A DNA stretch of 64,000 nucleotides from an uncultured Actinomycetes bacterium (GTDB lineage: Bacteria; Actinomycetota; Thermoleophilia; Gaiellales; Gaiellaceae): NCBI GenBank assembly GCA_963846825.1, contig CAWJXN010000006.1, forward strand, positions 5,642 to 69,641, read 5' to 3'. Positions 10,054 to 20,278 of this stretch are shown here, in pieces. Within the stretch, counting starts at the first letter, position 1; every line of letters begins with the position of its first letter. Below the pieces are notes generated by a model, which worked only from the letters and a program-made list of their open reading frames with translations, was not told where the DNA came from and ran no database searches. The translations under genes were made by a program, and so were the position numbers.

Positions 10054-11240
10054 GGGAACGGGCGGACGCCGTCGTGGTCGGCGGAGGGATCATCGGGGCG
10101 AGCGTCGCCCACTTCCTGACCACGCTCGGATACGGCGACGTGGTCCTCGTCGAGAAGCGACGCCTGGCGCGCGGCTCGACGCAGTACTCGGCCGCGCACG
10201 TCCGGCAGCACTACACGAACGAGGTGGCGATCAGGCTCGCGGTCCGCGCGGCCGGGAAGTTCGCGAATGCCGCGGAGGAGCTCGGCGGCGAGGTCGGCTT
10301 CGTGCGCGACGGATACCTGGTGCTTGCGACGGCCGGGGAGGCGCACGCGATCCGCGAGATCGTCCCCGTCCAGCAGGAGCTCGGCGTGCAGACCGGATTT
10401 CTCACGCCGGAGGAGGTGGTCGAGCGCTGGCCCGAGCTCGAGATCGAGGGCATCGCGCTCGCCTGCTACGAGCAGACGTCCGGCTACGCGGATCCGGTGC
10501 GGACGGTCGAGGCGCTCGCCCGATCCGCTGCGCGGCTCGGGCTAGACGTGCGCGAGGGCTGCGAGGTGGTGGGCATCTCGGTCTCGAACGGGCGCGTGAC
10601 CGAAGTGGTGACCGCGGACGGCGAGATCGCGACCGGCGTGGTCGTCAACGCGACCGGACCGTGGGGGAACACGATCGGGCGGATGGTCGGCGTCGAGTAC
10701 CCGATCAGGTTCAGTCGGGAGCACGAGGCGATCTTCCATGCGCCCGCCGGATTCCGCGGCCTCCCCGTGATGTCCGACACCGCGCAGCAGCTGTACTTCC
10801 GCTCGTACGGCCCGGACAAGGTGCTCGTCGGCGAGGGCTGGCCGAAGACGCCCGAGCCGGACGACCCCGAGACGTACGACGCGGGCACCGACGACGCGCA
10901 CCTGGCTCGAATGGTGCCGAAGCTTCTCCGCCGCGTTCCGGCGCTCAGGGCAACGCTGGGACAACCCGGTTTCGGCGGTGCGTACGTGACCGGCTACTCG
11001 GGCGTCTACGACATCACCGATGACTGGTATCCGATCGTCGGCGAGGAGGAGGTCGGCGGCTACTACTCGGCCTTCGGGGGCAGCGGCCACTGCTTCAAGA
11101 TCGGCCCGACGATCGGCGAGTCGCTCGCGCACGTGATCGCGGGGGAGGAGCCGCCCGTCGACATCTCGAGCCTGTCGGGCTCCCGGTTCGCCGAGGGCCG
11201 CTCGTTCACCTCCGTCTGGGGGCCGGGGAACCGCGCGTGA
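10050..11240 (+). CDS. FAD-dependent amine oxidoreductase (DAO/sarcosine oxidase beta-like)
   Basis: VVVGGGIIGASVAHFL Rossmann motif, SGYADP, VVVNATGPWG, YDITDDWYPIVG and GGSGHCFKIGP. Confidence 0.9.
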   Translation: MRERADAVVVGGGIIGASVAHFLTTLGYGDVVLVEKRRLARGSTQYSAAHVRQHYTNEVAIRLAVRAAGKFANAAEELGGEVGFVRDGYLVLATAGEAHAIREIVPVQQELGVQTGFLTPEEVVERWPELEIEGIALACYEQTSGYADPVRTVEALARSAARLGLDVREGCEVVGISVSNGRVTEVVTADGEIATGVVVNATGPWGNTIGRMVGVEYPIRFSREHEAIFHAPAGFRGLPVMSDTAQQLYFRSYGPDKVLVGEGWPKTPEPDDPETYDAGTDDAHLARMVPKLLRRVPALRATLGQPGFGGAYVTGYSGVYDITDDWYPIVGEEEVGGYYSAFGGSGHCFKIGPTIGESLAHVIAGEEPPVDISSLSGSRFAEGRSFTSVWGPGNRA

Positions 11241-13132
11241 GACACGATCCGATCACCTTCGAGGTCGTCCGGAACGCGCTCATCGCGGCGACGGACGAGA
11301 TGGTGCTGACGCTTCGCCGGAGCGCGTACTCGACCAACATCAAGACGCGCGCGGACTTCTCGTGCGCGTTCTTCGACGCCGAGCTCCGCGCCGTTGCGCA
11401 GGGGTTCAACCAGCCGGTGCACCTCGGGTCGATGGTCGAGCAGACGCCGCGGGCCGTGCTCGACTACGGCCCCGAGAACCTCGGCCCGGGCGACGTGATC
11501 GTGACGAACGACCCGTACCCGAGCGGGGTGCACCTGAACGACATCACGCTCGTCTCGCCCGTCTTCGACGACGGGGAGCTGCTCGGCTACGTCGCCAACC
11601 TCGCGCACCACGTGGACGTCGGCGGCGGCGCGCCGGCGTCGATCGGCGCGTTCCGCGAGGTGTTCCAGGAGGGCGTCATCATCCCGCCGGTCAGGATCGT
11701 GGAGGGGGGCGCGCTCGTCGAGGACGTGTTCGCCCTGCTCCTCGCGCAGATCCGCTCGAAGCACGAGACCGCAGGCGACCTCCGCGCCCAGGTCGCCGCG
11801 AACGCGACAGGCGTACGCCGCATCCAGGCGCTCACGGCGCGCCACGGGCGGGGCACCGTGCGCGGGGTGATGGACGAGGTGCTCGCGTACACCGAGCGGC
11901 GCGCCCGCGCCGAGCTGGCGACCCTGCCGCACGGCGTGTTCGAGGCCGAGGGCCAGGTGGACACGGACGGGTACACGGACGACCCCGTGCGCCTCCGGGC
12001 GCGCATCGAGATCGGCGACGACGGGGTGCTGTTCGACCTCGAGGGTTGCGACCCGCAGCGCCGCGCACCGGTCAACTCGACGTACGCGCAGACGTTCTCC
12101 GCGTGCGCGTACGCGCTGAAGTGCATCGTCGACCCCGACCTACCGGTCAACGACGGCTTCTACCGGCTCCTGCGGGTCGAGGCGCCGTCCGGCACGGTCG
12201 TCAACTGCACGTGGCCCTCCCCGGTGGTCGGCGGCTGGGAGACGCAGACCCGCCTCGTCGACGTCGTGTTCCGCGCGCTCCTCCCGGCGCTCCCCGAGCG
12301 GCTGCCCGCCGGGACAAAGGCGATGATGTGCCACGCGGGCTTCGGTGGCGTGGACGCGGCCACCGGTGAGTACACCTGCTTCCTGGAGACCTTCGGCGGA
12401 GGCTACGGCGGGCGCGCGGGCAGCGACGGGCCCGACGCCGTCCAGACGCACGGCCAGAACACGGAGAACGCGCCGGTCGAGGAGACGGAGCGCGGGTACC
12501 CGGTGCACATCGACCGCCTCTCGCTCGTGGAGGACTCGGACGGCCCGGGCCGGTTCCGGGGTGGGCTCGGCCTGCGCAAGGACTACCGCTTCGATCGGCC
12601 GCTGACGTTCACCGTCCTCGCGGACCGCACGAAGCAGGGGCCCTGGGGCGTGCTCGGCGGTGCGGCGGGTGCGCCGGCGCGCTTCGTGCTGGTGCGCGAC
12701 GGCGTCGAGCGGGAGCTGAACCCGAAGAGCACCCTCGATCTCCTCGCCGGCGACGTCGTCAGCTACCGGACCTGCGGCGGCGGCGGGTACGGACCGGCGG
12801 TCGAGCGCGACCCCGAGCGTGTCCTGCGCGACGTGCTCGAGGGAAAGGTGAGCCGCGAGCGGGCGCGGGACGTCTACCGGGTGGAGATCGACGTCGCCGC
12901 GCGCGTCGTCGACGAGCGTGCGACGGCGACGCTCCGGGCGGAGTCGCCCCGTGGGGCGAAAACGGTGTCAGACACCGATTCCTGTCAAGACGGCCGATCC
13001 GGGCATGCCTGCTCGAGACATGACGAGGCGCCGATTGGCCCGAAAGCGGCTTCGAACGACCTGCAAACGCGGGCTGTGGACGAATCGGCACAGATCCGGC
13101 GCGAAGGACACTTGACAGGAAATGGTGTCTGA
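11237..13132 (+). CDS. Hydantoinase/oxoprolinase B subunit #2; C-terminal ~55 aa read through an inserted element
   Basis: DPITFEV, NDPYPSGVHLND, AHHVDVGG, GRFRGG and GGGGYG; the stop codon lies inside the right repeat of the 12964-13136 element. Confidence 0.93.
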   Translation: MRHDPITFEVVRNALIAATDEMVLTLRRSAYSTNIKTRADFSCAFFDAELRAVAQGFNQPVHLGSMVEQTPRAVLDYGPENLGPGDVIVTNDPYPSGVHLNDITLVSPVFDDGELLGYVANLAHHVDVGGGAPASIGAFREVFQEGVIIPPVRIVEGGALVEDVFALLLAQIRSKHETAGDLRAQVAANATGVRRIQALTARHGRGTVRGVMDEVLAYTERRARAELATLPHGVFEAEGQVDTDGYTDDPVRLRARIEIGDDGVLFDLEGCDPQRRAPVNSTYAQTFSACAYALKCIVDPDLPVNDGFYRLLRVEAPSGTVVNCTWPSPVVGGWETQTRLVDVVFRALLPALPERLPAGTKAMMCHAGFGGVDAATGEYTCFLETFGGGYGGRAGSDGPDAVQTHGQNTENAPVEETERGYPVHIDRLSLVEDSDGPGRFRGGLGLRKDYRFDRPLTFTVLADRTKQGPWGVLGGAAGAPARFVLVRDGVERELNPKSTLDLLAGDVVSYRTCGGGGYGPAVERDPERVLRDVLEGKVSRERARDVYRVEIDVAARVVDERATATLRAESPRGAKTVSDTDSCQDGRSGHACSRHDEAPIGPKAASNDLQTRAVDESAQIRREGHLTGNGV

Positions 13133-13136
13133 CACC
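12964..13136. mobile_element. 173-bp non-autonomous MITE/REPIN-like element related to the RAYT ends
   Basis: 26-bp terminal inverted repeats GGTGTCAGACACC(GA/AT)TTCCTGTCAAG (24/26 by hand). The left end matches the RAYT left end at 24/30. No target-site duplication seen. Confidence 0.8.
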
Positions 13137-14853
13137 GCTCCTCGCCCGCTCGACCCGATCTCCTTCGAGGTGATCCGGAACGCGCTCGTCGCCGCGACGG
13201 ACGAGATGGTCCTCGCGCTCAAGCGGAGCGCGTACTCGACGAACATCAAGACCCGCTCGGACTTCTCCTGCGCGTTCTTCGACGCCGGGCTGCGGCCGAT
13301 CGCGCAGGGCTTCGCGCAGCCCGTGCACCTCGGCTCGATGGTGCAGCAGATCCCGCACGCGCTCCGCCGCTACGGGCCGGAGCGGCTCGGCCCGGGCGAC
13401 ATGGTCATCACGAACGACCCGTACCCGAGCGGCGTCCACCTGAACGACATCAGCCTCATCGCGCCCGTGCACCACGAGGGCGAGCTGCTCGGCTACGTCG
13501 CCAACCTCGCGCACCACGTGGACGTCGGCGGCGGCGCGCCCGCGTCGATCGGGGCGTTCCGGGAGGTGTTCCAGGAGGGCGTCATCGTCCCGCCGATCCG
13601 GCATCGTGCGCGGCGGCGCGATCGTGCGACGACGTCTTCCGCCTCCTGCTCGCGCAGATCCGCTCGAAGCACGAGACGGCGGGCGACCTCCGCGCGCAGG
13701 TCGCGGCCAACACGACGGGCATCCGGCGCGTCCAGGCGCTCGTCGCCCGGCACGGGCGCGACACCGTCCTGGCCATGATCGACGAGCTCGTCGACTACAC
13801 CGAGCGCCGAGCGCGCGCCGAGCTCGCCGCGCTTCCGCACGGGACGTACGAGTCGGAGGGCACCGTGGACACCGACGGGTACACGGACGAGCCCGTGCGG
13901 CTCCGCGCCCGAGTCGAGATCACGGCCGACGGCGTCCACTTCGACCTCGCCGGCTGCGACCCGCAGCGCCGCGCCCCGGTCAACTCGACCTACGCGCAGA
14001 CGTTCTCGGCCTGCGCCTACGTCGTGAAGTGCCTGATCGACCCGGACCTGCCGGTGAACGACGGCTTCTACCGGCTGATCACGCTCGACGCGCCCGCGGG
14101 CACCGTCGTCAACTGCACGTGGCCCGCGCCGGTCGTCGGCGGGTGGGAGACACAGACCCGGTTGACCGACGTCATGTTCCGCGCGCTCCTGCCCGCGTTC
14201 CCGGACCGGCTGCCCGCGGGGACGAAGGCGATGATGGCTCAGGCGGGCTTCGGGAGCCTCGACGTCGAGGCCGGCAAGTACGTCTGCTTCTACGACACCT
14301 TCGCCGGCGGCTACGGCGGCCGTTCGGCGAGCGACGGTCCCGACGCGGTGCAGGCCCACGGCCAGAACACCGAGAACGCGCCGATCGAGGAGACCGAGCT
14401 CAACTACCCGGTGCGGATCCCGACCCTCTCGCTCGTCGAGGACTCGGACGGCGCGGGCCGCTTTCGCGGCGGGCTCGGGCTCCGCAAGGACTACCTCTTC
14501 GACCGCGCCGACGACGTTCACGATCCTCGCCGACCGCGACAAGACCGGCCCGGCCGGGGCGTTCGGCGCCGACGACGGCCGGAAGGCGGAGTACGTCCTG
14601 ATCCGCGCCGGTGTCGAGACGCGCCTCGGTCGAAGACGACGCGTCGACCTGGAGCCGGGCGACGTCGTCAGCTGCCGGACGTGCGGCGGCGGCGGGTACG
14701 GCCCGCCGACGGAGCGGGATCCGGAGCTCGTCGCGCGCGACGTGCGCGAGGGCAAGGTGAGCGCCGGTCGTGCGCGCGACGTGTACGGCGTCGCTCGTCG
14801 TCGACGGCGCGGTCGACCAGAGCGAGACGAGCGAGCTCAGGAGGAGCGCATGA
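13122..14853 (+). CDS. Hydantoinase/oxoprolinase B subunit #3 (tandem paralogue of #2); frameshifted
   Basis: Long stretches identical to #2 (NALxAATDEMVL, AHHVDVGGGAPASIGAFREVFQEG, GCDPQRRAPVNSTYAQTFSACAY). The ATG lies inside the element's right repeat. Confidence 0.9.
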
Positions 14854-16945
14854 GCAGTCGGCTGGCGATCGACATCGGCGGCACGTTCACCGACGCCACC
14901 CTGATCGACGAGGAGACCGGCGCCGTGTCGATCGCCAAGGTCCTCTCGACGCCTGCCGACCCGTCGCTCGGGTTCATGGCCGCGGCCGAGCGGATTCTCG
15001 CCGAGTCCGACGTCGCGGCCGCCGACGTCCACTTCGTCGTGCACGCGACGACGGTCGCGACGAACGCGATCATCGAGGGCACGATCGCGCGCGGCGGCTT
15101 CGTCACGACCGAGGGCTTCCGCGACCTGCTCGAGATCCAGCGCCAGACCCGGCCGACGCTCTACGACACCCGCTTCGAGAAGACGCCGCCCCTCGTTCCG
15201 CGCGACCGGGCCTTCGGCGTGCGCGAGCGGCTCGGGCCCGGCGGCGAGGTGCTCACGCCGCTCGACGAGCCGTCGGTGCGGGACGTCGCCGCGGCGCTCC
15301 GCGACGCCGGCGTCGAGTCCGTGGCCGTCTGCCTCCTCCACTCCTACGTCGACCCCGCGCACGAGCGGCGCGTGGGCGAGATCCTCGCGGAGGAGCTGCC
15401 CGGCGTCCCGATCTCGCTCTCGTCCGACGTCGCGCCGGAGTTCCGCGAGTACCTGCGCGCGTCGACGACGGTGATCAACGCCGCGATCCGCCCGGTGGTC
15501 GCCCGTTACCTCGAGAACATCGAGCGGCGCCTCGCGGACGCCGGCGTCTCGGCGGAGCTGCTCGTGATGCAGTCGAGCGGCGGCGTGTTCGGCGCCGGGG
15601 CCGCCGCCCGGAAGCCCGTCTTCATGGTCGAGTCGGGGCCCGCGGCCGGCGTCATCGCGTCGGCGAACCTCGGCAGCGTGATCGGGAGCGACGACGTCAT
15701 CTCGTTCGACATGGGCGGCACGACGGCGAAGGTCGGGCTGATCCAGGGCGGGACGCCGTCGATCACGAAGGATTACTCGGTCGGCTCGCACGCGTCGGCC
15801 GGCGTCGGCGGCCTCTCGCTGTCGGGGTACCCGGTGCGGACGCCGGTCATCGACCTCGTCGAGATCGGGGCGGGAGGCGGGTCGATCGCCTGGGTCGACT
15901 CCGGGCGGCATGCTCCGCGTCGGGCCGCGCAGCGCAGGCGCCGACCCGGGGCCGGTCTGCTACCGCCAGGGCGGCACCGAGCCGACCGTGACCGACGCGA
16001 ACGTCGTCCTCGGCCGCCTCAACCCGGCGTACTTCCTCGGCGGCGAGATCGCGCTCGACGTCGAGGGTGCGCGGCGCGCGATCGCCGAGCGCTGCGCGGA
16101 GCCGCTCGGTCTCGACGCCGTCGAGGCGGCCAACGGGATCGTCGAGATCGCGAACGCGGCGATGGTGAACGCGCTCCACCTGATCTCCGTGCAGCGCGGG
16201 TACGACCCGCGGGACTTCGTGCTCGTCGGCTTCGGCGGCGCCGGCCCGGTCCACGCGAACGCCATCCAGCGCGACTGCGAGATACCGACGCTGGTGATTC
16301 CGCAGGCGCCGGGGATCTTCTCCGCGACCGGGCTGCTCGGAACCGATCTGAAGCGGGACTCGAGCCTCACGCTGCTGCGCCCGCTCGAGGACATCGACGT
16401 GGAGGAGATCGAGCGCGGCGCTCGCCGGCCTCGAGGAGACCGGCGCCGCCGAGCTCGGCCGCGAGGGCGCTGCCGGGCGAGCGGATCGCGTTCGTCCGCC
16501 AGGTCGACATGCGATACGTCGGGCAGAGCTTCGAGCTCACGATCCCGCTGGCGCAGGGCGCGTTCGATACCGCGCAGGCGGGTGCGCTCCGCGAGCGCTT
16601 CCACGCCGAGCACGACCGCGTCTACGGCTTCAGCGCCCCGGCCGAGGCCGTCGAGCTCGTCAGCCTCCGGCTGACGACGGTCGGGCGGATCGAGAAGCCG
16701 CCGCTTCGGGGCTCGGCCGGTTCGAGGGCACGCCGGCCCCGAAGGAGCACCGGCAGGTGTTCTTCGCCGAGGCCGGCGGGTTCGTCGAGTGCCCCATCCA
16801 CGACCGGTACGCCCTGGGGGCCGGTGCCTCGTTCGCCGGGCCTGCGGTGGTGGAGGAGCTCGACTCGACGGTGATCGTCCACCCGGGGTTCGGCGTCGAG
16901 GTCGACGACGTCGGCAACCTCGTCATCCGAAGGGAGCACGCGTGA
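14850..16945 (+). CDS. Hydantoinase/oxoprolinase A subunit #2; frameshifted
   Basis: AIDIGGTFTD, HATTVATNA, ESGPAAG, FDMGGTT, GPRSAGADPGP, DMRYVGQSFEL and GPAVVEELDSTVIVHPG; GGAGGAG RBS. Confidence 0.92.
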
Positions 16946-18849
16946 GCTCGTACGGGATCGTCCTCGCGAAGGACGTCATGGTGGAGATGCGGGACGGGAT
17001 CCGCCTCGCCTCGGACATCTATCGCCCCGCCCGCGACGGGCAGCTCGGTCGACGGCCGCTTCCCGACGATCATGCTCCGTACCCCGTACGACAAGACCGA
17101 CCGGCGCTACGTCGAGATCGCCGACTTCTTCACGCCTCGCGGCTACGCCGTCGTGCTGCAGGACATGCGCGACCGCTACCGCTCCGAAGGCACCGGCGAC
17201 TACTACCACGTCGTCACGCCGCACACGGGCGAGGACGGCTACGACACGGTCGAGTGGATCGCCGCCCAGTCGTGGTCGAACGGGCGCATCGGCACCGTCG
17301 GCAGCTCGTACGCGGGCATCACCCAGGTGCGCGCGGCCCTCGAGCGGCCGCCGCACCTGACCGCGATCTGGCCGGACGTCGTCCCGACGAACAGCTTCCA
17401 CAACCAGTCGCGCGAGGGCGGCGCGATGCAGCAGCACATGTTCTGGGCGCTCTTCATCCATGCCCAGGACGCACAGGACATCGCCGACGACCCCGCGAAG
17501 CAGGCGGAGGTCTGGAACGACCTGCGCGACCTGCGTCAGCTGTTCCGCGCAGGCCCGCCGTGGGAACGCGGCTCGACGTCGCTGCGCCACGTGCCGCCGC
17601 TCGAGGAGACGCTGATCGAGTACTCGACCCGCGGCGCGTACGACGAGTACTGGCAGCAGGTCGAGAACGACTTCACCCGGCACTGGGACCAGCACGCGGA
17701 CGTCCCGGCACGTACTCGACCGGCTGGTACGACCCGTTCCCGGCCGCGGACTCCGAGTACTTCGCCGCGATGGCCGCGAAGAACGAGTCGCCGCAGCGCC
17801 TCGTGATCGGCCCGTGGAGCCACGTCGGCATGCGCGGCGACGCGACGTTCTGCCACGACGTCGACTTCGGCCCGGACGAGCGTCTGGGGCGTCCAGCGGT
17901 ACTTCGAGGAGCAGCTGGCGTTCTTCGAGCGCTGGCTCCCGGACGACGCGACGGGGCACCCCGACGGCGAGGCGCCCGTGCGGATCTTCGTCATGGGCGG
18001 CGGCAGCGGGCGCAGGACGGCCGAGGGCAAGCTCGATCACGGCGGCCGCTGGCGCGAGGAGCGCGAATGGCCGCTGGCGCGCGCGGTGCCGACGTCCTTT
18101 CACCTGCAGCCCGACGGCGGGCTCTCGACGGAGCCGCCCCCTGCAGGCGCGGAGCCGCGGCGCTACACCTTCGATCCCGACGCGGCCCGTGCCGACGATC
18201 GGCGGCCTGTACTGCTCGATCGGAGAGCTGCCCGCCGGAGGGTGCGGGCATGGAGCAGGCGTGGGCCCGGCTCCTCAACCCCGTGCTGCGGCTGCGCGAC
18301 CTCCTGACCCCCGGCCCGGCCGACCAGAAGGAGTCACCCGCGTTCTTCGGCTCGACCGAGCCGTACCCGCGGCTCTCCGAGCGGCCGGACGTGCTCGTCT
18401 ACCAGACCGAGCCGCTCACGGAGCCGATCGAGGTCACCGGTCCCGTGGCCGTGCACCTGTGGGTCTCGTCGAGCGCTCTCGACACGGACTTCACGGCGAA
18501 GCTGGTCGACGTCCATCCGGCGAACGAGGACTACCCGGAGGGCTACGACATGCTCCTCAACGACTCGGTGATCCGCTGTCGCTTCCGCGAGGGGTGGGAG
18601 CGGGAGGTGCCGATGGAGCCGGGCATCGTCGTGCCGGTGACGATCACGCTGCCGCCGACGAGCAACCTCTTCGACGTCGGCCACCGGATCCGCGTCGACG
18701 TCTCGTCGTCGAACTGGCCGCGGCTCGACGTGAACCCCAATACCGGCGAGCCGATCGGGCGACACACGCACACCGTCGTGGCCGAGCAGGCCGTCTACTC
18801 CGATGCCGAGCACCCGTCGCACGTCCTCCTGCCGGTGATCCCGCGCTGA
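16942..18849 (+). CDS. CocE/NonD family serine hydrolase #1; frameshifted
   Basis: [35 protein letters not shown] nucleophile elbow, GWYD, IGPWSH and RIRVDVSSSNWPR. Confidence 0.9.
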   Translation: MSSYGIVLAKDVMVEMRDGIRLASDIYRPARDGQLGRRPLPDDHAPYPVRQDRPALRRDRRLLHASRLRRRAAGHARPLPLRRHRRLLPRRHAAHGRGRLRHGRVDRRPVVVERAHRHRRQLVRGHHPGARGPRAAAAPDRDLAGRRPDEQLPQPVARGRRDAAAHVLGALHPCPGRTGHRRRPREAGGGLERPARPASAVPRRPAVGTRLDVAAPRAAARGDADRVLDPRRVRRVLAAGRERLHPALGPARGRPGTYSTGWYDPFPAADSEYFAAMAAKNESPQRLVIGPWSHVGMRGDATFCHDVDFGPDERLGRPAVLRGAAGVLRALAPGRRDGAPRRRGARADLRHGRRQRAQDGRGQARSRRPLARGARMAAGARGADVLSPAARRRALDGAAPCRRGAAALHLRSRRGPCRRSAACTARSESCPPEGAGMEQAWARLLNPVLRLRDLLTPGPADQKESPAFFGSTEPYPRLSERPDVLVYQTEPLTEPIEVTGPVAVHLWVSSSALDTDFTAKLVDVHPANEDYPEGYDMLLNDSVIRCRFREGWEREVPMEPGIVVPVTITLPPTSNLFDVGHRIRVDVSSSNWPRLDVNPNTGEPIGRHTHTVVAEQAVYSDAEHPSHVLLPVIPR

Positions 18850-20278
18850 GCGGCGGGGCCCCGATCCAGCTCGACTGGCGCCTCGTGCCGGCGGGGCCGT
18901 TCGCCATGGGCAGTGATCCCGCTCTCGAGCACGCACCCGATCCGGACGAGGCACCAGCCCATGAGGTCGACGGTGGACGCGTTTCGGCTCGGTCGCACGC
19001 CCGTCACGAACGCGCAGTACGGACGCGTTCGTCAGGGCAACGGGGCAGCCGCCGCCCGCCGCCTGGCCGGGTGGGACGGTGCCCCTCGGTCGCGAGCTGC
19101 ATCCCGTCACGTACGTGTCGTGGGACGAGGCTGCCGCCTTCTGCCGTTGGGCAGGCGGCTTCCTCCCGACCGAGGCGCAGTGGGAGCGTGCCGCACGCGG
19201 CGACGACCGCCGCACATGGCCGTGGGGCGACGAGCCACCGCGACCTGCGCACGCCGTGCTCGAGCTCGACCGACACGCGCCCGGTGGGCGGGCGGGCCTC
19301 CGCGGGCGCGGGCCGTTCGGCCATCTCGACCTCGCGGGCAACGCCTGGGAGTGGACGTCGAGCCTTCTCCGGGCGTATCCGTACGACCCGGGCGACGGGC
19401 GCGAGGGAGACGGTCCCGGCACTCGCGCCGTGCGCGGCGGTGCGTACATCCACGGCCCGGGCGAGGCGCGCTGCTCGTACCGGCACGGGATGCTGCCCGG
19501 GACGGTCGACCACTACGTCGGCTTTCGGCTGGCCGCGGCGCCCGGGGTCGTCGTGGACGGGATCGAGCTGCTCGACGTCCCGGCGGGGATCGTCCGGCTC
19601 GGGAACGACGTTCGTCCTTCGCAGGGCGCCGCACCCACCGACGAGGCGCCGCGGCACACATGCGAGGTCGATGCCGTCGAGCTCACGGCGACGCCGGTGA
19701 CGAACGAGCAATACGCGGCGTTCGTCGCCGCGACGCGACGCACTGCGCCGGTCCACTGGGTGGACGGCGCCGTCCCCGTGGAGCTCGAACGACATCCGGT
19801 GACCCACGTCGACTGGCACGACGCCGCGGCCTTCTGCGCCTGGGCCGGCGGGCGGCTGCCGACCGAGGCGGAGTGGGAGAAGGGGGCGCGCGGCGACGAC
19901 GGCCGCCTCTACCCGTGGGGCGAGGAGGCGCCGGACGCGCGCCGGGCGCACGCCGGCGACGGCCTGAAGCACGGGGCGACGGCGACGGTCGGCGCCGCAC
20001 CGGAGGGCGCGTCGCCGTACGGTCTGGTCGACATGGCCGGGAACGTCTGGGAGTGGGTCTCGAGCGCGTACCGGCCCTACCCGTACGACGCGGGCGACGG
20101 CCGCGAGGACGCGACGAGGGACGAGTCGCGCGTGCTGCGCGGCGGCTCGTTCGCGAGCCTCACGCCGGGCCACCTGCGCTGCGCGCGGAGGAGCGCGAGC
20201 CGGCCGGGTCGCCGCAGCGCCCACATCGGGTTCCGGGTCGCACGGCCCGCTGCCGACCAGAGAAAGGACGACGGATGA
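18846..20278 (+). CDS. Tandem two-domain FGE-sulfatase (SUMF1/EgtB/PvdO-like) protein; frameshifted
   Basis: Two repeats of [F.MG...PVTN.QY...HPVT.V.W.DA.AFC.W.G..LPTEA.WE..ARG...DMAGNVWEW...RGG...GFR]. Start codon uncertain. Confidence 0.85.

Noticed and set aside
13112-13117. Outward-facing TTGACA -35 box in the MITE end
   Set aside because: No -10 hexamer at a suitable distance.
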